DNA of 63,496 bases, the filler included, from Octopus bimaculoides (lineage: Eukaryota): the NCBI RefSeq assembly GCF_001194135.2. It is 5 parts of 5 records of this genome, joined end to end, with 100 filler letters (N's around TTAATTAATTAA, not from the genome) between each part and the next. Parts side by side here need not be neighbours in the genome. Positions count along the whole stretch, not along the records: positions 1 to 27,672 come from NC_068987.1; 4 more parts are not named here. One strand, given 5' to 3'. This document shows, piece by piece, positions 11,842-21,276 of this stretch. The notes beneath the pieces were generated by a model, which worked only from the letters and a program-made list of their open reading frames with translations, had not been told where the DNA came from and did not search any database. Both the position numbers and the translations under genes were made by a program. Every line of letters starts with the position of its first letter. The stretch's first letter is position 1.

Positions 11842-11900
<59 letters not shown>
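11190..11900 (-). mobile_element. Three head-to-tail family A SINEs separated by (AAT)n
   Basis: Copies at ~11190-11375, ~11390-11600, ~11625-11845; (AAT)n at 11378-11393, 11608-11627, 11844-11900. Confidence 0.8.
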
Positions 11901-11901
<1 letters not shown>

Positions 11902-12439
11902 TGATGGTGATGATGAGGAGGGGGGAAAGGTGGTAGTTAATGAGTGAAATAAGAAAATCTGTTTCAAATTCACTAATTAGTTAAGGNNNNNNNNNNNNNN
12001 NNNNNNNNNNNNNNNNNNNNNNNNNNNNNNNNNNNNNNNNNNNNNNNNNNNNNNNNNNNNNNNNNNNNNNNNNNNNNNNNNNNNNNNNNNNNNNNNNNNN
12101 NNNNNNNNNNNNNNNNNNNNNNNNNNNNNNNNNNNNNNNNNNNNNNNNNNNNNNNNNNNNNNNNNNNNNNNNNNNNNNNNNNNNNNNNNNNNNNNNNNNN
12201 NNNNNNNNNNNNNNNNNNNNNNNNNNNNNNNNNNNNNNNNNNNNNNNNNNNNNNNNNNNNNNNNNNNNNNNNNNNNNNNNNNNNNNNNNNNNNNNNNNNA
12301 CACACACACACACACAAACACATGCACATGTACACACATGTATACTCATACAAATAAATACACAAAACATACACACAAGATTATACACCCACATACATGC
12401 TTACAAATACACACACACACATCTACAACATCGTCTTGT

Positions 12440-12780
12440 GTGTCTGTCAGGATTATCCCATAATGCAAGAGCTGCTACGCACTCAATATCGACCAATCAG
12501 CTTTCACCGTTGGTCCCTCTCCATGACAAGGTCATCAGCTTCATTAAATCTTACATTGCATGCATCTGATTCGATTCACATTAACTTATAAAGTGTGTTT
12601 CACAAAGCTCTTCCAACACGATGAGGATGGAAAGCTCTATTTTGATGACTCAAAACTATGACCACCATTTATGCCTGTTCTTCTCAAAATATGTCCAGTC
12701 AAGATTGAGCTTTTATTGAATATAAAATTCCATCTGTTGGGAAAGTTTGTATTCTTGCAATTAGAATTAACTGTTTATCA
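12440..12780 (-). mobile_element. Decayed LINE 3' end (RTE-like)
   Basis: Minus frame reads RFNEADDLVMERDQR*KLIGRY*VRSSSC, reminiscent of the DR..W(R) terminus of RTE ORF2; weak. Confidence 0.35.
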
Positions 12781-13364
12781 GTAACCTTTATCATTATATT
12801 TGTGAGTGTATGTAAGTGTCTATATGATTGGGTGTACTTGTATATATGTATAAGTAAGGTTATATGTGCATATATATGTATCTAAGATGTTGCATCCATT
12901 CACCGTTAGACGGTGATGAGAGGGACAAACACACACACATATATATGTGTGTATATATATATGTGTATATGTATGTATATGTGTGTGCGTATACAACCTT
13001 CAACAAAGTTACAGTCGTGTATACAACTTGAACAGACACATATCAGTACATAAACATATGTTCACATGTACATACATATGTACACACACACAGACACGTC
13101 TACACACTTACCTAAATACTCACGTACATCCATAAGTACATACATACATACATACTTACATACATGCATATAGGCATGCACACATGTATATACATGTACA
13201 CATGCATATGCACATGCATGCATACATACATACATGCATACATACGTACATACATACATACATACATACGTACGTACATATATATCATGAACTAACTGTT
13301 ACTTTCTCAGATGCAGCACAGAATTTTGTCAGTGAACAGGTCGCAGTCTCAAACTCTGTTGAGC

Positions 13365-13675
13365 GTGTTCATTGCCAGAGCAGCTGTCTGGCTTCCGTGC
13401 TAGTGGCCCGTAAGTAGCACCATTTGAGCGTAATCGTTACCAGCGTTGCCTTCTAGCACTTGTGCTGGTGGCACGTTAGAAAATCATTCGAGCGAGGTTG
13501 TTGCCAGTGCCGCTGGCCTGGCTCCCATGCAGGTGGCACGTAAAAAACACCTTTTGAGTGTGGCCGTTGCCAGTACTGTGTGACTGGCCCTCGTGCTGGT
13601 GGCACGTAAAAGCACACACTACACTCTCGGAGTGGTTGGCGTTAGGAAGGGCATCCAGCTATAGAAACTCTGCCA
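13365..13675 (+). mobile_element. RTE-type 3' UTR with about four ~65-bp internal units
   Basis: Repeated TTGCCAG...GTGCTGGTGGCACGTAAAA(A)GCAC units then CACTACACTCTCGGAGTGGTTGGCGTTAGGAAGGGCATCCAGC. Confidence 0.75.
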
Positions 13676-13992
13676 TACATATGACTGATTTCCTATCCAC
13701 CACGTGGTCTAATTCCATTCCTTCACGTGGTTAATTTCCTGTTCACCATGTTCATATTTTCCAACTAACCATTATCCATATACCAACATCAAACCATGAC
13801 ACCGTGTGACCTTTCTCGACCGATCGCAGCCCACCTTACAGTAATAACAATCAGCCTCCGTCGTTCAAATTCAAAATGGCTGACAAATAACATCAAGCTT
13901 GAAACTCAAGACTACCAACAATTTGAATCAAACTGTTTTGATCCATATATATATAAATATATATTCTGAATTTGTGTAAATGTGTATAGAAT

Positions 13993-14385
13993 AATATATC
14001 AGTGGAATAAAGTTGCAACATGGTCTGGTTTATACGTTTTTTATTGTATTTTTAAAAAAACTTTTACCATGTTGAAGTGTGTTAAACATTAAAAAAATAT
14101 TTTATAATGTTCGTAAAGTTCAATAAAAATATGGAATGCTTCACAAATTTGCATGTCGTCCTTGCACAGGGGCCATGCTAATCTTCTCTGTATCATTCCA
14201 ATTTTAGAATATCTACTGCCAAAACTAGCACTTAATTCATGAAGTGTTCCATATTTTTATTGAACTTTATGAACATAAAATATTTCTTTAATGTTTAACA
14301 CACTTCAACATTGTAAAAAGTTTTTCTTAAATACAATAAAAAAACATGAAAACCAGACCATGTAACTTTATTTAGCTGATATATA
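13993..14385. repeat. Foldback: ~155-bp inverted arms (13993-14149 and 14234-14385) around the U6 5' part
   Basis: e.g. left CATGGTCTGGTTT..TTGAAGTGTGTTAAACATTAAA..AAAGTTCAATAAAAATATGGAA versus right TTCCATATTTTTATTGAACTTT..TTTAATGTTTAACACACTTCAA..AAACCAGACCATG. Confidence 0.9.
14125..14231 (-). pseudogene. U6: Full-length (107 nt) U6 snRNA pseudogene
   Basis: Reverse strand: GTGCTAGTTTTGGCAGTAGATATTCTAAAATTGGAATGATACAGAGAAGATTAGCATGGCCCCTGTGCAAGGACGACATGCAAATTTGTGAAGCATTCCATATTTTT. Contains the ACAGAGA box; most differences from metazoan U6 are CpG transitions; the upstream flank is an inverted-repeat arm, not a PSE/TATA promoter. Confidence 0.93.
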
Positions 14386-14399
14386 TATATTATATATTT

Positions 14400-14518
14400 A
14401 CACATATAGACAGACAGGCAGACAGGCAGACAGGCAGGTAGGCAGGTAAGTAGGTAGGTAGGTAGGTAAGTAGGTAGGTAGGTAGGTAGGTAGGTAAGTA
14501 GGTAGGTAGGTAGATAAG

Positions 14519-14550
<32 letters not shown>

Positions 14551-14615
14551 TAGATAGATAGATAGATAGAAAGGTAGACAGACAGACAGACAGATAGATA
14601 GAAAGGTAGATAGAT

Positions 14616-14659
<44 letters not shown>

Positions 14660-14712
14660 CAGACAGATAAACAGACAGGCAGACAGACAGACTAATAGAT
14701 AGATAGGTAGAG

Positions 14713-14753
<41 letters not shown>

Positions 14754-14755
14754 TA
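14400..14755. repeat. Compound (GACA)/(TAGG)/(GATA) tetranucleotide tract
   Basis: Direct reading. Confidence 0.95.
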
Positions 14756-14756
14756 T

Positions 14757-15152
14757 TGTTTACTTGTTTTAGTTATTGGATTGTGGCCATGTTGGAGCAC
14801 CTCCTTCAAGGGTTTTAGTTGAACAGAACAATTCCCAGTAGATACTTTTTGAGTCTGATACTTATTTTATCTATGAGTATGGTGCTTATGCCAAACTGCT
14901 AAGTTAAGGGGACATAAACAAACCAATGCCATTTGTGAAGTAATAGGGTGGGACACACACTGGCATGAAGACATACACACACACACACACGTGGACTTCC
15001 ACATGGTTTTCATCTGCCAATTTCACTCACAAGACATTGATTGGCCTGAAGCTAGAGTAGAAAACATTATCCCAAAATGCTGTGCAGCAGGACTGAACCT
15101 GAAACCACATGGTTGCAAAGCAAAGCTTCTTAACCACACAGCCATACCTGCA
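14757..15152 (-). mobile_element. SINE family B copy
   Basis: Reverse complement of family B head and tail, internal (CA)n. Confidence 0.75.
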
Positions 15153-15160
15153 GCTATAGG

Positions 15161-15241
15161 AAAATATAGAATCCTTCATGAATTTTCGTGTCAACCTTGG
15201 GCCAAAGAAATCTTCTCTGTATTGTTCCAATATCAGTATAT
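15161..15241 (-). pseudogene. U6: Second, more decayed and 5'-truncated U6 copy
   Basis: Plus strand AAAATATAGAATCCTTCATGAATTTTCGTGTCAACCTTG-GGCCAAAGAAATCTTCTCTGTATTGTTCCAATATCAGTATAT matches reverse-complemented U6 with a short internal deletion; ACAGAGA box retained. Confidence 0.8.
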
Positions 15242-15634
15242 AGGTACAGGTACAGGTACAGGTACAGGTACAGGTACAGGTATATAGGTACAGGTGTGGA
15301 TGCCTGGTAAGATGCTTGCTTCTCAGCCACATGCATCCAGGTTCAGTCTCACTGTGTGGGAATGAATTTTGAGTAACCGTAAACTTAATTTAATTTACTT
15401 TAAGGTATGGATGACTTAAGTCTACTTTTAACCTCCCCATTCTTACAACTATCAAGTAGATAGTACTTGATAGATAGATAGTTAACTCGCTTTGTGATCA
15501 TGAGTGTACCAAGCCTCACGTGTGCGTACGCTCACATTTTTGTGGATGCTTGTATGAGCACGTGTACTCGCACTATGCAGCTTAACCGAGGGCATTTATA
15601 CATCCATATCTGTTAACGGTTATTTTTAATACAT

Positions 15635-15943
15635 TTCTCGCTGGATTGCATGTTCGTTTCTCTTTTTGCCATCTGTGATTTTATTTTTGATCTGCTATAT
15701 AAATGAAGATATTTCCTCCATCTTGCTGTCTTTCTTTCTACAAAACAGGAAGTTACATTGCGGGACTGTTATTTCAACATGTTGTATTTATTTATCACTT
15801 GATGAGATACATCTGCACCACCAGATGCTCCTGAACCAGTTGTTGAGTGTCCCACCCATGAGGAATTGATGCTAGATGTGTCGAAACAATTGTCGTGATT
15901 AATAATGAATTCTTGTATATTCCATCTTCTGACTTCCATTTGC
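15635..15943 (+). mobile_element. Copy 2 of the ~310-bp hammerhead-bearing repeat
   Basis: Aligns with 407-715. Confidence 0.65.
15790..15903 (+). ncRNA. Type I hammerhead ribozyme-like motif with 59-nt stem II insertion
   Basis: Stem I ATTTATCAC(15790-98)/GTGATTAAT(15895-903); core TTGATGA(15799-805); stem II GATACATCT(15806-14)/AGATGTGTC(15874-82); GAAA(15883-86); C-AATT-G minimal stem III; GTC triplet 15892-94. Confidence 0.7.
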
Positions 15944-16946
15944 CATACATACACACATATATATATATATTTATATATATACTGTTGTGTCTGGGGAGAG
16001 TCATTTTCTTTTTGTGCCAATATATATATATATATATGTATATATATACATATATATATAAATGTGTATGTGTGTCTTTGTTTTTGTATTTGTATTTGTG
16101 TCCCCCCCCCCCAATCAGTGTTGGTGTGTTTACATTCCTGTAACGTAGTAGTTTGGCAAAAGAGAAGAAACCGGTAGAAGAAGCATCAGACTTAAAAAGG
16201 AAATACGTACAGGGACCGATTCATTTGACCAAAAACTCTTCAAGGTGGTGGTGCTCCAGCATGGCTGCAGTCTAATGACTGAAACAAGTAAGAGGCAAAA
16301 GATATGTGTTGCCAAAGCAAGGAAAAATTTGATAAAAGATGGTAATATGGAATTCAAAGAAACATTTTTTAACAGATCCAAATACATCATCATCATCATC
16401 AGCCTATAGAAGACCTTTAACCATCTTTTGTCACAGAGCACATTGCCACTTTCTCATCTCTTTTCTCTAAAGAGTGAATTGTGTTTATGAAGTAATTAAG
16501 AAATATAAAAATGATGGTAAGAAAATAATTATTCAACTATTTTCCTAAAATATTCATTATTTATCTCTTCTGTTAGTATTTCTGTTATTCTTCAGGCATT
16601 GATGGCTACAAAACAACAATTTCAATGTGAGTTTTAAAAAAAATATTATTTTGATTCCGTGACTGACTGGACAATTCCAAATAAAGTTAAGTCTGTGGTT
16701 GCTACTGATGCTGAGTGACATCTATGACAAAAGACATTTCTATAGTCTGCTCTTTGACGTACAAAATTCTGTGGAAAAATGAAGACGACCTTCTGAGAGG
16801 AGATATGTGTGTGGGTATGTGTGTGTATGTGTGTAGACACACACACACACACACACATAGAGGAAGAAGGGAAAGTGAGGGAGAGAAGAAAAACAAAGGC
16901 TACTGGCTGCTAATAAACCAGATATACTACCCTAGTGGGTCTAGTT

Positions 16947-17448
16947 CAGGGGTCACAAAACTTTCTTCACAGCAAGATAGATAACAGTGAATGACGAGTG
17001 CAGGCTACATAACCATTTTGTTCAATTCAATACAGTGAATACACAATAAAATAAAGACAACCAACATATATATTTACTAAAAAGTTATCAAAGATGACGT
17101 TAATAATAAGATAGTTACATCACACCCAGTGCCACACATATCCATATCTCACAAACTAAGCAGCAAAAGAGATTAGTGAGATTTGTGAAGCTGGTGTTTA
17201 GCTTTTGAAGATACCATCAATATTTGGTTTGGAATTGTTGTATCCAACCAAGGGAAATGCTTTCAAATGTTCATCAGTCAACCTTGTTTGATGTTCTGAC
17301 TTCACATAATTCATTATTGAAAATGTTTGCTCACAGACATAAGTTGTTCCAAACATTGATGCCACACCAGAGGTAAATGTGCTCTCATTGTAGGTACTTA
17401 CAAAAGGCGGGCCGGATCTGGCCCATGGGCTGTAGTGTGTCAGACGTG
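16947..17448 (-). mobile_element. Internally deleted hAT (Charlie/SPIN-like) DNA transposon
   Basis: Minus strand 17368->17173 translates GVASMFGTTYVCEQTFSIMNYVKSEHQTRLTDEHLKAFPLVGYNNSKPNIDGIF/KAKHQLHKSH* (hAT C-terminal dimerisation region, one frameshift); ends CAGGGGTCACAAAACT and a GGCGGGCCGGATCTGGCCC..GGGC.GTAG subterminal motif; left flank GTCTAGTT resembles the TCTAGA target preference; TSD not conserved. Confidence 0.8.
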
Positions 17449-18164
17449 TATTGTATTATACAGACAAGAAAGCAGAAGGATTGGGGATTCTTACCTTTGC
17501 AAGACAAAAAAAAGTTGTCAACAAAAAGCTGTTGTCTCGCAAAGATAAATAATGCCCAATCTTTTTGCTGTTTCCATGGCAAAACTGTGTTCAAAATATT
17601 ACTTTCTTGCCTGTATAATATATATTTATACATGTGCATGTAAGTGTGTGTGTGTGTATGTGTATATATATATTGTATCTTTCTTTCTTTTCTTTTCTTT
17701 CTCCTTCTCCTTCTTCTTTCCCTACTCCTATTTCTTTTTCTCTTTCTTCTCCTCCTCCTTCTCCTTCTTCTTTTCCTTCTTCTTCTTCTTCCCCCCTTCT
17801 ACTCCTCCCTCGGCAGTTCCTGCTTAAGCCATCAATTCCCTGTACCCAAACTATTCCTTCAAATTTACTACCACCTACCCACCTACCTACCCGCCTACCC
17901 ACCTACCTACCTACCTACCTACCAGGCATTCACAAAGGAATAGAGAGAGAGAAAGACTGTCTGAAAACTATGGAAATATTTACCTATTCAAAGACTATGA
18001 AAATATCTACAAAACATTTCACTTAATTTTTTTCTCCTATTTATTTGTTTTTCTTATTTTACTCTTCGTTGAAAAAGTCTAAAAAGACAGAAACCGGTAC
18101 TAAAATGTACTTCATGATAAAATTATTTTAGCATTTTCTACCTTGTCTTATTTTCCTTATACAT

Positions 18165-18203
<39 letters not shown>

Positions 18204-18204
18204 C

Positions 18205-18404
18205 AGAAACGTTAGCACACCGGACAAAATGCTTAGTGGTGTTTCATCTGTCTTTACGTTTTGAGTTCAAATTCTGCTGAGATTGACTTTGCCTTTCATC
18301 CTTAAGGGGTCAATAAATTAAGTACCAATTGCATAGTGGGGTCAATCTAATCAACTGGCCCCCTCCCCAAAAATTTCAGGTCTTGTGCCTAGAGTAGAAA
18401 AGAA
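18205..18404 (+). mobile_element. SINE family A copy
   Basis: GCAGAAACGTTAGCACACCGG..GAGTTCAAATTC..GACTTTGCCTTTCATCC..CTTGTGCCTAGAGTAGAAAAG. Confidence 0.8.
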
Positions 18405-18410
18405 TCTCTA

Positions 18411-18554
18411 TATATTGCTGGCAGGGAGATGAATTGCTGCTGTCTCTAGCAGTCAAGTGTCCTTCATTGACATGACCAATCAAGGTTGAAATCGCGAGAT
18501 CTGAGGGTCTTGGTGCTGGAGGTGGTGGGGATTTGTCTCCCTGCTAGCGATATA
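18411..18554. mobile_element. 144-bp MITE-like element, 25-bp imperfect TIRs with TA at both ends
   Basis: TATATTGCTGGCAGGGAGATGAATT (18411-35) versus GATTTGTCTCCCTGCTAGCGATATA (18530-54): 20/25 complementary, all five differences transitions. Confidence 0.55.
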
Positions 18555-18694
18555 AACAAGAGTGTATTTTGCACCAAAAAGCCAACCTGAGAGTTTCCCT
18601 CGTGGTAACTACTTCAGTATAGTTTGTTCTGATAGAACAACCATGTTTAAGCAGGGATAAAAAGAAAGATAAAGCAATCTATCCAACACTCTAA

Positions 18695-19280
18695 AGTAGT
18701 CTCTTCAAAATGGTCTACCTTAAGCAGTCCATCTCAAGTAGTCTATCTCAAGCAGTCTATCTCAAGCAGTCTGTCTCAAGCAGTCTGTCTCAAGCAGTCT
18801 ATCTTGAGTAGTCTATCTCAAGCTGTCTACCTCGAGTAGTCTATCTTGAGTAATCTATCTTGAGTAGTCTATTTCAAGTAGTCTATCATGAGTTGTCTCT
18901 CTAAAATAGTCTCTCTCAAGTAGTCTATCTCAAGTAGTCTATCTTGAGTGGTCTATCTCAAGCAGTCTATCTTCAGTGATCTATCTTGAGTAGTCTATTT
19001 CAAGTAGTCTATCATGAGTTGTCTCTCTAAAATAGTCTCTCTCAAGCAGTCTATCTTCAGTAGTCTATCTCAAGCTGTCTATCTCGAGTAGTCTATCTTG
19101 AGTAATCTATCTTGAGTAGTCTATTTCAAGTAGTCTATCATGAGTTGTCTCTCTTAAATAGTCTCTCTAAAGTAGTCTATCTTGAGTAGTCTATCATGAG
19201 TTATCTCTCTTAAGCAGTCTATCTCAAGTAGTCTATCTTCAGTGGTCTATCTTCAGTGGTCTATCGTCATTAGTCTATCT
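18695..19280 (+). repeat. 14-bp minisatellite (AGTAGTCTATCTCA), ~41 units, with 126-bp higher-order period
   Basis: Variant block AGTAGTCTATTTCA-AGTAGTCTATCATG-AGTTGTCTCTC recurs at 18863, 18989, 19115. Confidence 0.92.
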
Positions 19281-19362
19281 GATGCTCATATTATGAAACC
19301 CATTCTTCTCTTTTACACAGTAAAATATTACCAATGGAAAGTATTTAGAAATGGAATCAAAC

Positions 19363-19607
19363 CTGTCTTCATTTATTTTAATGATGTTGTCAGATGTCAA
19401 CGGGTTTTGCTCCACGGTTCGTGCAAATTGCAACGTGCTTCTTCCAAGTTCTTTGGCCACTTCATGGAACTTGTTATTATCAGCTTGTGAGGGACGGTAG
19501 GAGAATTTCTCTGCCTTTGATTTCTGTTTTTGAGCTAGGGCTGCTTTGTATTTGTCTTCCATGTCATGTTGTCGCTCGACAGCTTCTTTCAGCACATTGT
19601 CAACAAT
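19363..19607 (-). CDS. IQCG: Internal coding exon (phase 0 to phase 2) of an IQCG/DRC9-like dynein regulatory complex gene
   Basis: Acceptor TTCTTTCTTGTTTGCTTCTAG|, donor GACAG|GTTTGA; 245 bp open: IVDNVLKEAVERQHDMEDKYKAALAQKQKSKAEKFSYRPSQADNNKFHEVAKELGRSTLQFARTVEQNPLTSDNIIKINEDR. Coiled-coil character; the ...PLTSDNIIKINEDR end recalls the L.KIQ.DR(QF) segment of IQCG as remembered. Not database-verified; other exons not found. Confidence 0.72.
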
Positions 19608-20069
19608 CTAGAAGCAAACAAGAAAGAACAGAGAAAATAATGAAAGAGAAAAGGAAGAGGCAGCAGAAGAAGGAAGTGGCGGGGAAGGAGGAGAGACGGG
19701 GGGAGAAAGAAACAAAGAAAGAAACAAACAAACAAATAAACAAAGGGAAAATCTATAAAAAAACTGACAAGTTTTAAAATCAGTTTTTAAAAAATAATGA
19801 GCTTAAAAAATATGTGATTCTGTAACCAATATCACCATCATTATCATCATTATCATCCACATTGTCAACATTATTATAATTGTCACAATATCAACATTGC
19901 ATCATCATCATCATCATCATCATCATTGTTCTCATTAATAAAGCAATAATCAGTAATTTTCATCACCACCATTATTCTTATCGTTTTCATGACAAATTAT
20001 TTTAAATGATATTCATCATTACCATTATTATCATTATTGCTATTAACATTGACATTATCATCTTTATAA

Positions 20070-20330
20070 TCATCAGTACATTGTGTCCTTAAGCAAGGCA
20101 CTCTATTTCACATTGCTCCAGTCCACTCAGCTGACAAAGATGAGTTGTACCTGTAATACAAAGGGGGCCAGCCTTGTCACATTCTGGGTCACACTGGATC
20201 TCCCTGATATTAAGGGTACATGTGTCTGTGGAGTATTCAACCACTTACATGCTAATTTCACAAGCCGGCAGTTCCACTGGTCGGTTCAACAGGAAGCTTC
20301 GTCATCACAACTGATGGAGTTTCCAGCCAC
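20070..20330 (+). mobile_element. SINE family C, 5'-truncated
   Basis: TTTCACATTGCTCCAGTCCACTCAGCTG..ATGAGTTGTACCTGTA..GGCCAGCCTTGTCAC..TAAGGGTACATGTGTCTGTGGAGT; matches 45546-45845 and 52245-52555. Confidence 0.75.
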
Positions 20331-20347
20331 ACATTATCAAAAGCCCC

Positions 20348-21139
20348 AACTGATTGTGGCTGATTCCAGTGCCTCCTGACTGGCTCTTGTGCTGGTGGAA
20401 CGTAAAAAGCACCGTCCGAATGTGGTCGATGCCAGTATCCTCTGACGGGCTCGCATGCTGGTGGCACGTAAAAAGCACCGTCCGAATGTGGTCAATGCCA
20501 GTATCCTCTGACGGGCTCCCATGCTGGTGGCACGTAAAAAGCACCGTCCAAATGTGGTCGATGCCAGTATCCTCTGACAGGCTCCCATGCTGGTGGCACA
20601 TAAAAAGCACCATCGGAACGTGGTCAGTGCCAGGTCTCCCTGACTAGCTCTTGTGTCAGTGACACGCAAAAAGCACCATCCAAATGTGGTCGATGCCAGT
20701 ATCCTCTGACGGGCTCCCATGCTGGTGGCGCATAAAAAGCACCATCGGAACGTGGTCAGTGCCAAGTCTCCCTGACTAGCTTTTGTGTCAGTGACACGCA
20801 AAAAGCACCATCCAAATGTGGTCGATGCCAGTATCCTCTGATGGGCTCCCATGCTGGTGGTGCATAAAAAGCACCATCAGAACGTGGTCAGTGCCAAGTC
20901 TCCCTGACTAGCTCTTGTGTCAGTGACACGTAAAAAGCACCGTCCGAATGTGGTCGATGCCAGTATCCTCTGACGGGCTCCCATGCTGGTGGCACATAAA
21001 AAGCACCATCGGAACGTGGTCGGTGCCAAATCTCCCTGACTAGCTCTTGTGTCAGTGACACGTAAAAAGCACCATCCAAATGTGGTCGATGCCAGGACTG
21101 CCTGACTGGCTCCTGTGCCGGTGGCATGTAAAAAGCACC
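20348..21139 (+). repeat. Tandem array of twelve 66-bp units with A/B higher-order alternation, inside an RTE-type 3' UTR
   Basis: Unit starts at 20348, 20414, 20480, 20546, 20612, 20678, 20744, 20810, 20876, 20942, 21008, 21074; each ends AAAAAGCACC. Confidence 0.93.
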
Positions 21140-21276
21140 CACCACACTCTCGAAGTGGTTGGTGTTAGGAAGAGCATCCAGCTGTAGAAACCTTGCCAGA
21201 TCAGAGTGGAGGCTGGTGCAGCCTTCTGGCAGCATGGAAAACAGACGTTAAACGATAATGATGATGATGATGATGT
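21140..21276 (+). mobile_element. RTE-type 3' terminus with (GAT)n tail
   Basis: CACACTCTCGAAGTGGTTGGTGTTAGGAAGAGCATCCAGCTGTAGAAAC..GCATGGAAAACAGACGTTAAACG(ATG)n. Confidence 0.8.

Noticed and set aside
13310-13410. Plus-strand exon (CTAAC..TTTCTCAG| to |GTAAGT)
   Set aside because: The donor lies inside the RTE-type 3' UTR repeat; peptide not recognisable.
14125-14231. Functional U6 gene
   Set aside because: About a dozen substitutions, mostly CpG decay, and no upstream PSE/TATA.
16650-16800. KVKSVVATDA, resembling a hAT catalytic TTDGA segment
   Set aside because: Too short, immediate stop, opposite orientation to the adjacent hAT remnant.
20337-20852. 171-aa ORF with 22-aa repeats and neighbouring ORFs
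   Set aside because: By-product of a 66-bp unit divisible by three; no splice or codon evidence.
20348-21139. CRISPR-like appearance (constant TGGCACGTAAAAAGCACC with intervening sequence)
   Set aside because: The intervening parts are themselves repeated (A and B types), the unit derives from a LINE 3' UTR, the DNA is eukaryotic and no cas genes are present.
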